Made by a program: the position numbers and the translations under genes
Notes under the pieces: model-generated
What the model was told of the DNA's origin: nothing
The model's database searches: none
What the model saw: the letters and a program-made list of their open reading frames with translations, nothing else
Origin: Desulfobacterales bacterium
Lineage (GTDB): Bacteria > Desulfobacterota > Desulfobacteria > Desulfobacterales > UBA2174
Direction of reading: 5' to 3'
NCBI GenBank assembly: GCA_963668645.2
Contig: CAXXWC010000018.1
Span: forward strand, 320,001 to 384,000
Length of the DNA stretch: 64,000 bases
Part shown: positions 41,542-50,341 of the stretch, in pieces
Layout of the letters: each line of letters starts with the position of its first letter
Numbering within the stretch: the stretch's first letter is position 1

Positions 41542-42540
41542 CTAGTCGGAGATCGGTGGGTTGGACTGGTTGGGAAAAAGCGGCTCCCGGTTGCGGAGCG
41601 ACTGCAGAACGTGTTTGGGCAAAAGACCGAAGCGGCGCTTGTAGGCCCGGGTGAAATGGCTCACATTGACGTAACCGACACTCCAGGCCACCTGGCTGAC
41701 GTTCATCTCGGCGGCTTCCAAAAGCTGCCTGGCCCGCTGCAGCCGGTACTCGCGCAGGTAGCCGTAAACGCTTTGGCCGTAGAGCCGGTGAAACCCGTGC
41801 TGCAGCTTGTTCAGGTTCAGGCCGTGCTGCCGGCCGAGAGCCTTGAGGGGCGGCGGGTCGGCCAGGTTCCGGACCAGGTGATCGTGGGCCTCGTGGACCC
41901 GCGCGATTTCGGTATGATCGAGCCTGAGCGGCGATGGCCGCCCGGCGGCCATCAAGCGATTGAGGCGCAGGGCGATGAGTTCCAGGGCTTTGCCTTCAAG
42001 GTAGAGCCTGTCGAGAGGCGCTGGGGGATGCAGGGAAAAGATATCCCGCACGGCGCACTGCAGATCGGGGTCCATTTCCTGGCGGCAGAGGTAGGCAGGG
42101 CCCGGATCACGTCCGAAGATCGACCGGAAACCGGCCGGCAGCCCGGTCAGGTCGTTGTCGAGCAGGTGCCGCAGCAGGCCCGGCGCCACGTGGATATGCA
42201 CCGCCTGCAGAGGCCGGCCGCCGCTTACCGCCACCACGCCGCGCCGCCCAGGCAGGTAGCCGATGCCGGCAAGTCCCGCGGCACCGTCCAGGTCTGATGG
42301 GGGACCGTCCCGCAGGCCCCACCGATGGTTGAGGCGGCCGCTGAGAATGAACCCGAAATCGACCATGGCCGGCTGCTTCCGGTAGCCCAGCTCGAAGGGC
42401 TGACCGGCAGGGCAGTCCAGCACGCTGATCCACAGACCGGGGCGCAGCACGGCCTGGCGCCAGATGCGGCCAAGATCCGGGAGGTCGGCGGCTGCCGCTG
42501 CATCCAGCAGCTCAACGGCGTAGATCGAGGTTGCTGTCAC
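41542..42540 (-). CDS. AraC family regulator (PchR-like)
   Basis: YLEGKALEL, KLQHGFHRLYG, GYVNVSHFTRAYKRRFG; GTG start inferred. Confidence 0.88.
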   Translation of the reverse strand: MTATSIYAVELLDAAAAADLPDLGRIWRQAVLRPGLWISVLDCPAGQPFELGYRKQPAMVDFGFILSGRLNHRWGLRDGPPSDLDGAAGLAGIGYLPGRRGVVAVSGGRPLQAVHIHVAPGLLRHLLDNDLTGLPAGFRSIFGRDPGPAYLCRQEMDPDLQCAVRDIFSLHPPAPLDRLYLEGKALELIALRLNRLMAAGRPSPLRLDHTEIARVHEAHDHLVRNLADPPPLKALGRQHGLNLNKLQHGFHRLYGQSVYGYLREYRLQRARQLLEAAEMNVSQVAWSVGYVNVSHFTRAYKRRFGLLPKHVLQSLRNREPLFPNQSNPPISD

Positions 42541-43570
42541 TTGGTGTCCCCTGTTTGCGGGCGATATCCAGGTCCATCGCGCCCATGGGGGTCTGGACGG
42601 TGCGCGATTGTACCGATCGGAACCCGCAGCGCAGCATGGCGCCGGCGATTTCCCCCTGGTCAAAGGCGTAATCCCGGCCGGTGCGCATGGCGTCTGCCAG
42701 ATGGCCGAGCATGGTGTCCGGCTGGGTCCGCTCATCGGTCATCCCGTCCTGAAAGGCGATGAACAACCCGCCGGGGTTCAAGGCCGCGGATATCTTGGTG
42801 ATCAGGGGATCCAGGTCGTGGCGGGCGAAATTGAGGGTCGAAGAGGCCCAGACCAGATCGTAGGGCCCTCCGATGGCGTCGTTCAGATAGTCGCCGGAGA
42901 TCACCGACACCCGGTCCTGCATCCCGTATTGCCGGATAAAGTCTTCGGCAACCGCCGTTACCGCCGGCCGGTCGAAGACCACTGCGGCTAGGGTCGGGTG
43001 GGCCGCGACAAAGTAGAGGGCGAACATTCCGTGGCCCCCGCCCAGATCGAGCATCCGGTGCAGGCCGGCGAACTCCGGCAAGCCGGCCAGGATGCGGGCC
43101 ATCTGCCGGCCCACGCCGCCGGTTACCCACGCCGCGCTGGTCCGGGTCGTCTCTGCCCAACGCCGTTCGGAGGCGAAATCTTCTTCCCTCTTTTCGCGGC
43201 CGGGGCCGGAGCACACCTGCTCGACGAGCTGTGCCAGCGGGTCCGCACACATGCGCTGGATCGTCTGCAACATGTCGCCGAGAAACGCCGGCGCCGTCTT
43301 GACGAGAAAGGCTGCGGCCTCCGGTCCGTTGCGGTAGCGGCCGGCGCTTTTTTGCACCAGCCCGATGGTGGCCAGGGCGTCGAGCAGCCGTGCGGTGTTG
43401 CCCGGGTGGGTCCCGAGTCGAGCGGCGACCTCATCGGCCCGGCAAGGCGTATCCAGTACCTCGAAAACCCCGAGTTCGATGCCGGCCAGCAGCAGCCGGG
43501 CCCGGATCGGTGCCTGGACCATTTCGACAAGGTACCGGCAGTCGTGTTCAACTTCAGGAAGTGTTTTCAA
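42512..43570 (-). CDS. O-methyltransferase (dimerisation plus Methyltransf_2-like)
   Basis: IELGVFEVL, LDLGGGHG, GDY, ALNPGG. Confidence 0.88.
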   Translation of the reverse strand: MKTLPEVEHDCRYLVEMVQAPIRARLLLAGIELGVFEVLDTPCRADEVAARLGTHPGNTARLLDALATIGLVQKSAGRYRNGPEAAAFLVKTAPAFLGDMLQTIQRMCADPLAQLVEQVCSGPGREKREEDFASERRWAETTRTSAAWVTGGVGRQMARILAGLPEFAGLHRMLDLGGGHGMFALYFVAAHPTLAAVVFDRPAVTAVAEDFIRQYGMQDRVSVISGDYLNDAIGGPYDLVWASSTLNFARHDLDPLITKISAALNPGGLFIAFQDGMTDERTQPDTMLGHLADAMRTGRDYAFDQGEIAGAMLRCGFRSVQSRTVQTPMGAMDLDIARKQGTPSDSNLDLRR

Positions 43571-43649
43571 TGCTTTTTCCTTTTCCTGCGCGAAGCGGTT
43601 TTTTATCGGTTGTCGGTTTGCCTGGGATGCCCCGTTGCGGGGTTCCCTT

Positions 43650-45506
43650 TCATGGCCCGACCGGTGTCGGCCGGCGGCTGCGTGCCAGGCGCGCCGAGTT
43701 GGCCACCACCAGCACGGAACTCAGGTGGTGAAACAGGGCCGCCAGCCAGGGGCTGAGCAGCCCGGCGGTGGCCAGGGCGATTCCCACCGTATTGAAGCCG
43801 ATGGCCCAGGCGTAGTTTTGCCGGAGCACCCGGCCCAGCCGGCGGCCCGAATCGATGATGGCCGGCAGGCAGGCCGCGCCGCCGCGCAGCACGATGATGT
43901 CCGAAGACTGGACCGCCAGGTCGGCATCGGCCCTGGCAACCGAGATCCCCACATCGGCTTCGGCCAGCGACAGGGCATCGTTGATTCCGTCACCCACCAT
44001 GGCCGTGGTTCCCCGGGCCCGGAGACGCTGAACGATCGCCGCCTTGTCCTGGGGCTTCAATCCCCAGCGAACATCGTCTGCGCCGATGGCCTCGGCCACC
44101 CGCTGGACCTCGCTTTTTTCGTTGTCGCCGGTGGCCAGGGCCACATGGTGCACACCCAGGGGGCGAAGCAAGGCGCCCAGATTCCTGGCGTCTTCGCTCA
44201 GCGTGTCGCGTATGACAAAGGCACCGGCGACCTGGCCGTCGATGGCGATCCAGGTCACGCTGCCCCCGGGCGTAAAGTCGCCAGGCAGCCGGTTTCCCAA
44301 CGCCTTCATGGTTTCGGCCGAACCGAGGACCACCTGGCGCCCCTGAACGGTGGAGCGGACCCCCAAAGCCGGCAGGTATTCGGCCTTGTCCGCTGGCAGC
44401 GGGCAAATCTGTCGGGCCGTCGCATACGCCACCACGGCATCGGCAACCGGGTGGCGAAACCCCACCTCCACCGAGGCGGCGATGCGAAGCAGCTCTTCTT
44501 CCGGCATTCCGAAGGTAACGACACGGGCGACTTGGGGCCGGCCCAGCGTCAGGGTGCCGGTCTTGTCGAGCACAACGTTTTGTATCTGTCCGGCCCGTTC
44601 CAGCGGTTCACCGCCTCGCACCAGGATGCCGCCGGCGCTCAGCCCCCCGATGGCCGCGGCAAAGGCGGTGGGCACCGACAGGGCCCAGGCGCAGGGACAG
44701 GCCACGGCGGTGACCGCCGCCATGCGCACCAGGGCCTCATCCGTATCACCGGAAAGGCCGCCGTAAAAAAAGAACACACCGGCAGCATAAATTACAACAC
44801 CGCCGATAAAAAACTGTACGATGTTGTCGGCGGTGCGCTGGGTGCGCGGCTTGCGTTCCAGGGCCGCCTTGATCTCCCTGGCCATGGCGTAGACAAAGCC
44901 CTGGTCGCCGTTCTTTTCGGCCTGGACCCGCAATGGCGGGCCCAGGTTGATGCTGCCCGAAATAACCGTGTCGCCGATCTGCTTTTGGACCGCCAGCGGT
45001 TCGCCGGTGATCACCGATTCGTCCACCGGGGCCGAGCCCTCGACGATCCGCCCGTCCACCGGGATCGACTCGCCCTGGGCCACCACGGCCAGATCCCCCC
45101 GGCACACGTCCTCCACCGGCAGGTTCATCAGGCGGCCGTTGCGCACGATGCGCACCATCTTGCGCCTTTGGCTGACCAGGGACTCGATGCGTCGCCGGGT
45201 CTTTTCGATGATGGCAAAGGAGATGGCCAGCCCCAGGCTGATGAAACCGGCCACCAGGGCACCGCCCAGCGGTTGGCCGGCCGCCAGGGAAACCACCATG
45301 ACCGTCACCACCAGAAGGTCGGCGGTGACCCGTTTCATCCGGGTCAGTGCAATGAACAGGGCCTTGGCGTACATGCCCAGGCAGATGCAATACCAGACCA
45401 GCCCGAGCCATTCGGCCGCGGCCCAGCCGCCGAGCCGCTGGGCCGCGAAGCACAGGACAGCAGCCACGGCCACCGCTGCACGGATAAAAAACACCTTGGA
45501 AGTCAT
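43650..45506 (-). CDS. P1B-type heavy-metal ATPase
   Basis: TGEP, ACPCA, DKTGT, HP, GDGINDA; no N-terminal metal-binding domain. Confidence 0.92.
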   Translation of the reverse strand: MTSKVFFIRAAVAVAAVLCFAAQRLGGWAAAEWLGLVWYCICLGMYAKALFIALTRMKRVTADLLVVTVMVVSLAAGQPLGGALVAGFISLGLAISFAIIEKTRRRIESLVSQRRKMVRIVRNGRLMNLPVEDVCRGDLAVVAQGESIPVDGRIVEGSAPVDESVITGEPLAVQKQIGDTVISGSINLGPPLRVQAEKNGDQGFVYAMAREIKAALERKPRTQRTADNIVQFFIGGVVIYAAGVFFFYGGLSGDTDEALVRMAAVTAVACPCAWALSVPTAFAAAIGGLSAGGILVRGGEPLERAGQIQNVVLDKTGTLTLGRPQVARVVTFGMPEEELLRIAASVEVGFRHPVADAVVAYATARQICPLPADKAEYLPALGVRSTVQGRQVVLGSAETMKALGNRLPGDFTPGGSVTWIAIDGQVAGAFVIRDTLSEDARNLGALLRPLGVHHVALATGDNEKSEVQRVAEAIGADDVRWGLKPQDKAAIVQRLRARGTTAMVGDGINDALSLAEADVGISVARADADLAVQSSDIIVLRGGAACLPAIIDSGRRLGRVLRQNYAWAIGFNTVGIALATAGLLSPWLAALFHHLSSVLVVANSARLARSRRPTPVGP

Positions 45507-45519
45507 CGATTTTCTTCGG

Positions 45520-45966
45520 CTATCCGTTGGCGGCCACGGCTTCGGTCCATCCGGCGATTTCCTCTCTGGCATCCTGCGGGTCTCCATCGATCTTGAGCGG
45601 ATCGTAGACCAGCACTGCACCCATCTTTTCGACCCTTTGGGCGATGGCGTCCACCGCGCCGCAAAAATGGGTGAAACTGCTGTCGCCGCAACCGAAGACG
45701 GCCAGTTTGCGGCCCTCGAGCTTGACCGTGTCCATCTCTTCGTAAAAGGAGGCGAAGTCTTCCTGTAGTTCGATTTCCTCTTCTCCCCAGGTCGAGGCCC
45801 CCAACAAAATCAGGTCGTAGTCTCGCTCCAGTTCGCTGACCGGCAGGCCGGCCACATCCATTACGGTCGCTTCCCAGCCTATTTTGCGGAGCACGTCCGA
45901 GGCGATGTGGGCCACGGTTTCGGTGTTGCCGGTGGTGCTGCCGAATATGATTGCTGCTTTTGCCAT
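45520..45966 (-). CDS. Short-chain flavodoxin
   Basis: GSTTGNTE, GASTWG, FGCGD...FCGAVD. Confidence 0.93.
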   Translation of the reverse strand: MAKAAIIFGSTTGNTETVAHIASDVLRKIGWEATVMDVAGLPVSELERDYDLILLGASTWGEEEIELQEDFASFYEEMDTVKLEGRKLAVFGCGDSSFTHFCGAVDAIAQRVEKMGAVLVYDPLKIDGDPQDAREEIAGWTEAVAANG

Positions 45967-46109
45967 CTGATTTACCTCCTGCTGTTTTCACCACAGCGGC
46001 ACAGAGAAAAACCAAAATATCAGTGTGCTGCGCCCCTGTGGCGCGATAACGGATTGAGTCGTGACAAAACGTCGAATTTGTCAACCGGAACGCTAAGGAT
46101 ATCCACCCT

Positions 46110-46520
46110 TCAGGCCGCCGCCAGGCTCCCCTCCGCCTCCAGCAGAGGCAGCAGTTCGTCGAAGGGCATCTCGTCGCGGAAGACCAGCCCCCCGCGCCGG
46201 GCGTCATTTTCGATCATCTCGGACGAAAACAGGGTGACCACCTGATTTTCCACGCACAGCACATAGAACAGGTTCTTGAACAGTTCGATCCGGTAGAGGG
46301 TTTTGGGCTTGGGCCGTCCTTTATAAGAGGCCGCCGAAAGGTAAATGGTGCGGCCGTCATCGCGGGCCTTGTTCAGGGCCTGGGCGATTACCCGCCGGAC
46401 GTCCTTGGAGGTGCGCCGGTTGCGCCGCACCGCCGGGTCGTCCACCCGTTTCTTGTACTGGTTGACCGGATGGGCACCGATGGCCCAGTCGCTCTTGGTA
46501 CGCTTGCCGATTTTGGCCAT
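46110..46520 (-). CDS. Hypothetical basic protein
   Basis: AAAGGAG RBS before ATG 46520; host-like codon usage. Confidence 0.7.
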   Translation of the reverse strand: MAKIGKRTKSDWAIGAHPVNQYKKRVDDPAVRRNRRTSKDVRRVIAQALNKARDDGRTIYLSAASYKGRPKPKTLYRIELFKNLFYVLCVENQVVTLFSSEMIENDARRGGLVFRDEMPFDELLPLLEAEGSLAAA

Positions 46521-46904
46521 GATGGGCTCCTTTCTGTTGCCGATCCGCAGGTGCACAAAAAAAGGCGCGAAGGGTATCCGCCCGCCGGACATCCCTTGCG
46601 CCTTCACTTCTTTTGCGCACCGCAAATCGGCCGCACGCCGTAAGGCTTATCGATATATGTAAGAAACATCTAACTTGATAAGTACTTCCTTATACGCCTG
46701 TGCCAGACCTGTCAAGTCCTTTTCCGCAGCTCCGACCGGATTTTGACTGCCCATCCAATTTCCGGTCCGGCGCGTTGGCTTGGAGCAAAAAATGGCATCT
46801 GAAGGAAGTGGGGGTGTCATGAAAATCCAGCGGTGGGCGATTTGAGTTCTTTCCGGCCGGTACTTTCTCTGTTTCGATTCGGTGGAATTTTTACTTGAAG
46901 CCGG

Positions 46905-47069
46905 TATAGCCTTTGTGTAAGATCTCAATCGGTTCGTCCAAAGAAGCCTGCCGGGCCGATATAGCCTTTGTGTAAGATCTCAATCGGTTCGTCCAAAGAA
47001 GCCTGCCGGGCCGATATAGCCTTTGTGTAAGATCTCAATCGGTTCGTCCAAAGAAGCCTGCCGGGCCGA
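46905..47069. repeat. Perfect 3 x 55-bp tandem repeat
   Basis: TATAGCCTTTGTGTAAGATCTCAATCGGTTCGTCCAAAGAAGCCTGCCGGGCCGA at 46905, 46960, 47015. Confidence 0.95.
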
Positions 47070-47588
47070 AAAACAAGGAAGGATCCGGCAGCCAACTGCT
47101 GCACCACCCGGATGAAAGCGAGGCCGCACCGTGACCGACAGAACCGTCTGGATCGATGTGTGCCCGGGCCGATCAGGCATTCTCATGACGGGAAGCGCCG
47201 CCTCCTGTCCGAAGCCCATATTCATTACTGAAAAGCCGTGTCGCCGAAAAGCCGACGGCCTGCATGCGTTGTTGCGGCAAGGATGGCCCGGTCTTGGTAT
47301 ATGGCGGCACTCGGCCCGCCGTGGTCTCCTTCATTCGTGCGGTCAAAGCCTGATCTGGAGGTGTGCGAAGATGCTTGGTGCATACGGGAGCCGGGAAAGG
47401 GCAAAATTTTTCGCAAGGCGCGAATGGGACGACCCTTCGGCCCAAATCATTCGCTCGGAATTTTCAGGCTAAACCGTCCGACGCGGAACGGTCTGGCTAG
47501 TCCGATAAGGATGGAATGCTTAAACAATTGAATTGTTGGCTATTTCATTGATAATCTTTTCGGGCTGGCGGGTCTAGTCGGAAACGTC

Positions 47589-47606
47589 AGCCCAACACTG
47601 TTAACC
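47589..47606 (+). other. attI-like site / start of first cassette
   Basis: GTTAACCG at 47600 is the exact complement of CGGTTAAC at the end of the TA cassette; no attC stem upstream. Confidence 0.55.
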
Positions 47607-47622
47607 GTCAGAAAAAATTAGC

Positions 47623-47657
47623 TTGAAAAAGCATAGGGTATGATTTATTATCATACC
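47623..47657 (+). promoter_or_regulatory. TA cassette promoter with overlapping operator palindrome
   Basis: TTGAAA-N17-TATTAT; GGTATGAT-N5-ATCATACC at 47637-47657. Confidence 0.75.
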
Positions 47658-47671
47658 TGGAGGTGATAAAA

Positions 47672-47914
47672 ATGCCAGCATCAAAAATTGCAATTACAAT
47701 TGACGACAAGACCCTTAAACAGCTTGATATTCTTGTCAAATCAAAATTTTTTCCGAACCGTAGCAACGCCATTCAACAGGCCGTTGCTGAAAAGCTTATG
47801 CGCATTGAGAAAAGCCGTCTTGCGCAGGAGTGTTCCAAGCTCGACCCTAAATTCGAACAGTCTTTAGCTGAGGAAGGCTTCTCATCGGAGTTGGAAGAAT
47901 GGCCTCAATATTAA
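47672..47914 (+). CDS. Ribbon-helix-helix antitoxin
   Basis: KIAITID...NRSNAI RHH pattern; overlaps toxin. Confidence 0.88.
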   Translation: MPASKIAITIDDKTLKQLDILVKSKFFPNRSNAIQQAVAEKLMRIEKSRLAQECSKLDPKFEQSLAEEGFSSELEEWPQY

Positions 47915-48237
47915 GGGGTAACATACACTGGGCAGATTTAAATCCAGTCATTGGAAGCGAACAGGGCGGCTTGCGCCCTGTTCTCATTTTAAGTCACAAT
48001 GTATTTAACGAGAGATCGGGTACTGTAATTGCCGTCGCGATCACCAGCCAGCGGCAAAAGGCAGGCTATCCATTAACTATGGAACTGGTGGGAGCCAAGC
48101 TTCCCAAAAAATCATGGGTAAAGATTAGCCAGATTCGAATCCTGTCTACAAAGCGTATTGGCAAAAGGATATCAAAAGCATCCGACGAAGAGTTGACGCT
48201 CATTATTGAGGGGTTGAATGAAATAATTGGCGGTTAA
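47899..48237 (+). CDS. mazF: MazF/PemK family endoribonuclease toxin
   Basis: [34 protein letters not shown]. Confidence 0.9.
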   Translation: MASILRGNIHWADLNPVIGSEQGGLRPVLILSHNVFNERSGTVIAVAITSQRQKAGYPLTMELVGAKLPKKSWVKISQIRILSTKRIGKRISKASDEELTLIIEGLNEIIGG

Positions 48238-48625
48238 CCATGCAGTGAACAGGACCGCTCGTTCCTCGCGGCCAGTGACCGCAACTAAACCGCTTCGCGG
48301 TAGCGAATAGAACGCGATTCGTTGCTCTTTGAAAATCTGTTCGTTGAAGCCGGAAAGGTGAAACAGCCCGGTAGCGGTCTATCTGTCGGTCTTTGGGGAA
48401 GGTGATATGTGTTTACCCATCACATTCACCTTCTGTTGCCTCCCGCATTAATCCGTTCAAAAATTCCTGAATAATTCGACCGATCGGTGACAATTTAAGA
48501 TTAATTTGGCGAGCCGCCGGAGCGCCCCGCCGTCAGAAGTGCTTGTCAGCGGTCAGAACGGGATGTTGTCTCGCATCGGGCAATCCTCTTTATAATGACT
48601 CCGCATACAATCTTAAACGTTAGCA
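48232..48625 (+). other. attC site 1, interrupted by a 333-bp insertion
   Basis: R'' GGTTAAC 48232, stem to 48285, R' GTTAGCA 48619; removing 48286-48618 restores a 61-bp attC. Confidence 0.8.
48286..48618 (-). mobile_element. ORF-less element inserted in attC, probable non-autonomous IS110-family derivative
   Basis: Precise insertion, only AAC shared at the junctions, no terminal IR or long TSD; family assignment is inference. Confidence 0.55.
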
Positions 48626-48653
48626 GCCTGCTGGGGACAAGAAGGGAACTGTC

Positions 48654-49103
48654 ATGATGTTTAAAGACGATAAAGGTGGATTCGCTTTCTCATGTAAAGA
48701 TGCGAAATTTTGTCTTGAAGCAAGTACTTGGGGAACAAAGTTGTCGCAGATTGGAAAAATGAAAGGCGCGATTTGCATCATGACAAAATTATTACCGAAT
48801 ATTCAATATATTGAAAGAATCCTATCTAAGCGGCCCACAAATATATTTATTCTTGCACATGACGAAGCGGAGTTTAACGCAAAATTAATCAAGCAAAAAT
48901 ATCCCGGGATTCGCGTAGCACTACATTCTAAAATTAATGCAAAAATAGTATTTATTGAGCCTCATCATGTATGGATTTCCAGCGCCGACTTTGGAGAATC
49001 GATATTGTTAGATTCTGCTGTTGGGATTCATTCTGCCGAAGTGTATGAAAGAGGTCTAAAAGAATTTTTCGGTAAGGAATGGGAAAAGGCAACTGAGCTA
49101 TGA
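48654..49103 (+). CDS. Cassette gene: small PLD-like protein with degenerate HKD motif
   Basis: INAKIVFIE...WISSADF resembles HAK...GSAN. Confidence 0.55.
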   Translation: MMFKDDKGGFAFSCKDAKFCLEASTWGTKLSQIGKMKGAICIMTKLLPNIQYIERILSKRPTNIFILAHDEAEFNAKLIKQKYPGIRVALHSKINAKIVFIEPHHVWISSADFGESILLDSAVGIHSAEVYERGLKEFFGKEWEKATEL

Positions 49104-49106
49104 GTC

Positions 49107-49182
49107 TGCTAACAACTGCTTCCAGGGGACACCGCACCCGCGCTTCCGCGCGGTCACGGCGCCCCTGAAGCAGAGGTTATAC
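49107..49182 (+). other. attC site 2
   Basis: TGCTAAC..CTGCTTCCAGGGG/CCCCTGAAGCAG..GTTATAC. Confidence 0.9.
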
Positions 49183-49207
49183 CACAGGAAAAAGGGACAT
49201 TGAAACG

Positions 49208-50242
49208 ATGATTAGAAAACGTACAAAAGAAATCCATAGACTGATAGAAGCGTTCGAGAAGGAGGCGAATCAGTTTTATGATATCGAATTCAGTGTTTTC
49301 TATTTGAGTCAAAATGGGCCGGTTGAAGATCGAAAGTTTCATGAAAAGAATCACACGATAATGCTTTGGCAATATCAAGGTAATATGGACGAAAAAAATG
49401 TTTCTGAACGTGTGACAAAAAATGTCATGGAAAGTAATTTGCAATGGGGATTGAAGGGTGCACAATATACTTGTTGCGGTGTGATTGAAGGGCCAGAAAC
49501 TGATCTATTCGTGAAGATGGCAAAACGATCTGCAAATCTTTTCGATAAAAATGAAATTCGAAAAATACAAAATGCAATTACAGCCAAACTTCGGCAAAAA
49601 TTGAAAGAAAATGGTGTAGAGAGAACAATAATGGCGTTCAATAGAAATCCATTGGGGATATGGATGAGCTATCTTTTATATCATTTGTCTATGGTGCAAG
49701 AGGATTTTCAGCCGATCAATAGAATTGATCCAGAGCCATTTTGCTTATCGTTACTCGCGCTTGAAAAATTATTAGAGGATAAAAAGCCTAGCAAATCGGA
49801 TAGATCTTCAAAACGATTAGAAGATATTAAATTCAAAGTTGCGCTATCTTTTCCAGGGGAAAAAAGACGCTACGTTTCGAACGTTGTAAAGCAATTAAAA
49901 AAGACGCTTGGATCAGACTCGGTATTTTACGACTATGATTATCAATCTCAATTGGCACGACCTAATTTGGATGTTTTTTTACAAAAAATTTATAGAGAGC
50001 AATCTGAATTGATAGTTGTCTTCTTGTGTAAAGAGTATTCCGAAAAAGAGTGGTGTGGCTTGGAGTTCAGGGCCGTTAGGGACATGATTAAATCTAAAAA
50101 CAGTGACAAAGTTATGTTCGTCAAATTTGATGATTCTCAAATTGATGGATTGTTTTCAGTTGATGGATATATATCTGCTGAGCAACATTCATCTAATGAA
50201 ATTGCTGATTTTGTATTGCAACGAATTGAACTGAATTCTTGA
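49208..50242 (+). CDS. Cassette gene: unknown N-terminal domain plus C-terminal TIR domain
   Basis: FKVALSFPGE, VFYD, IVVFLCKEYSEKEWCGLE with catalytic-position Glu. Confidence 0.82.
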   Translation: MIRKRTKEIHRLIEAFEKEANQFYDIEFSVFYLSQNGPVEDRKFHEKNHTIMLWQYQGNMDEKNVSERVTKNVMESNLQWGLKGAQYTCCGVIEGPETDLFVKMAKRSANLFDKNEIRKIQNAITAKLRQKLKENGVERTIMAFNRNPLGIWMSYLLYHLSMVQEDFQPINRIDPEPFCLSLLALEKLLEDKKPSKSDRSSKRLEDIKFKVALSFPGEKRRYVSNVVKQLKKTLGSDSVFYDYDYQSQLARPNLDVFLQKIYREQSELIVVFLCKEYSEKEWCGLEFRAVRDMIKSKNSDKVMFVKFDDSQIDGLFSVDGYISAEQHSSNEIADFVLQRIELNS

Positions 50243-50253
50243 GCCGAATTTTG

Positions 50254-50327
50254 GCATAACAAGTGCTTCAAACGGGACATCTAACCGCGCTTTCGCGCGG
50301 TCAGCCGCCCGTTAAGCACGGTTAGCG
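50254..50327 (+). other. attC site 3
   Basis: GCATAAC..GTGCTTCAAACGGG/CCCGTTAAGCAC..GTTAGCG. Confidence 0.9.
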
Positions 50328-50341
50328 ATGTAAATGAACGT

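Noticed and set aside
32088..45596. Long plus-strand ORFs (e.g. 34647-36977, 39131-41422, 43365-45596)
   Set aside because: Antisense shadows of well-supported minus-strand genes, typical of high-GC DNA
45970..46100. Fur box upstream of the flavodoxin operon
   Set aside because: No convincing GATAATGATAATCATTATC-like palindrome seen by eye
46640..46680. dif (XerCD) site
   Set aside because: CTTATCGATATATGTAAG only loosely resembles the 11-6-11 dif layout
46905..47069. CRISPR array
   Set aside because: Units are contiguous and identical with no unique spacers; no cas genes in window
48286..48618. Group IIC-attC intron remnant
   Set aside because: No GTGCG 5' end or convincing domain V/VI on either strand; insertion is next to R' rather than in R''
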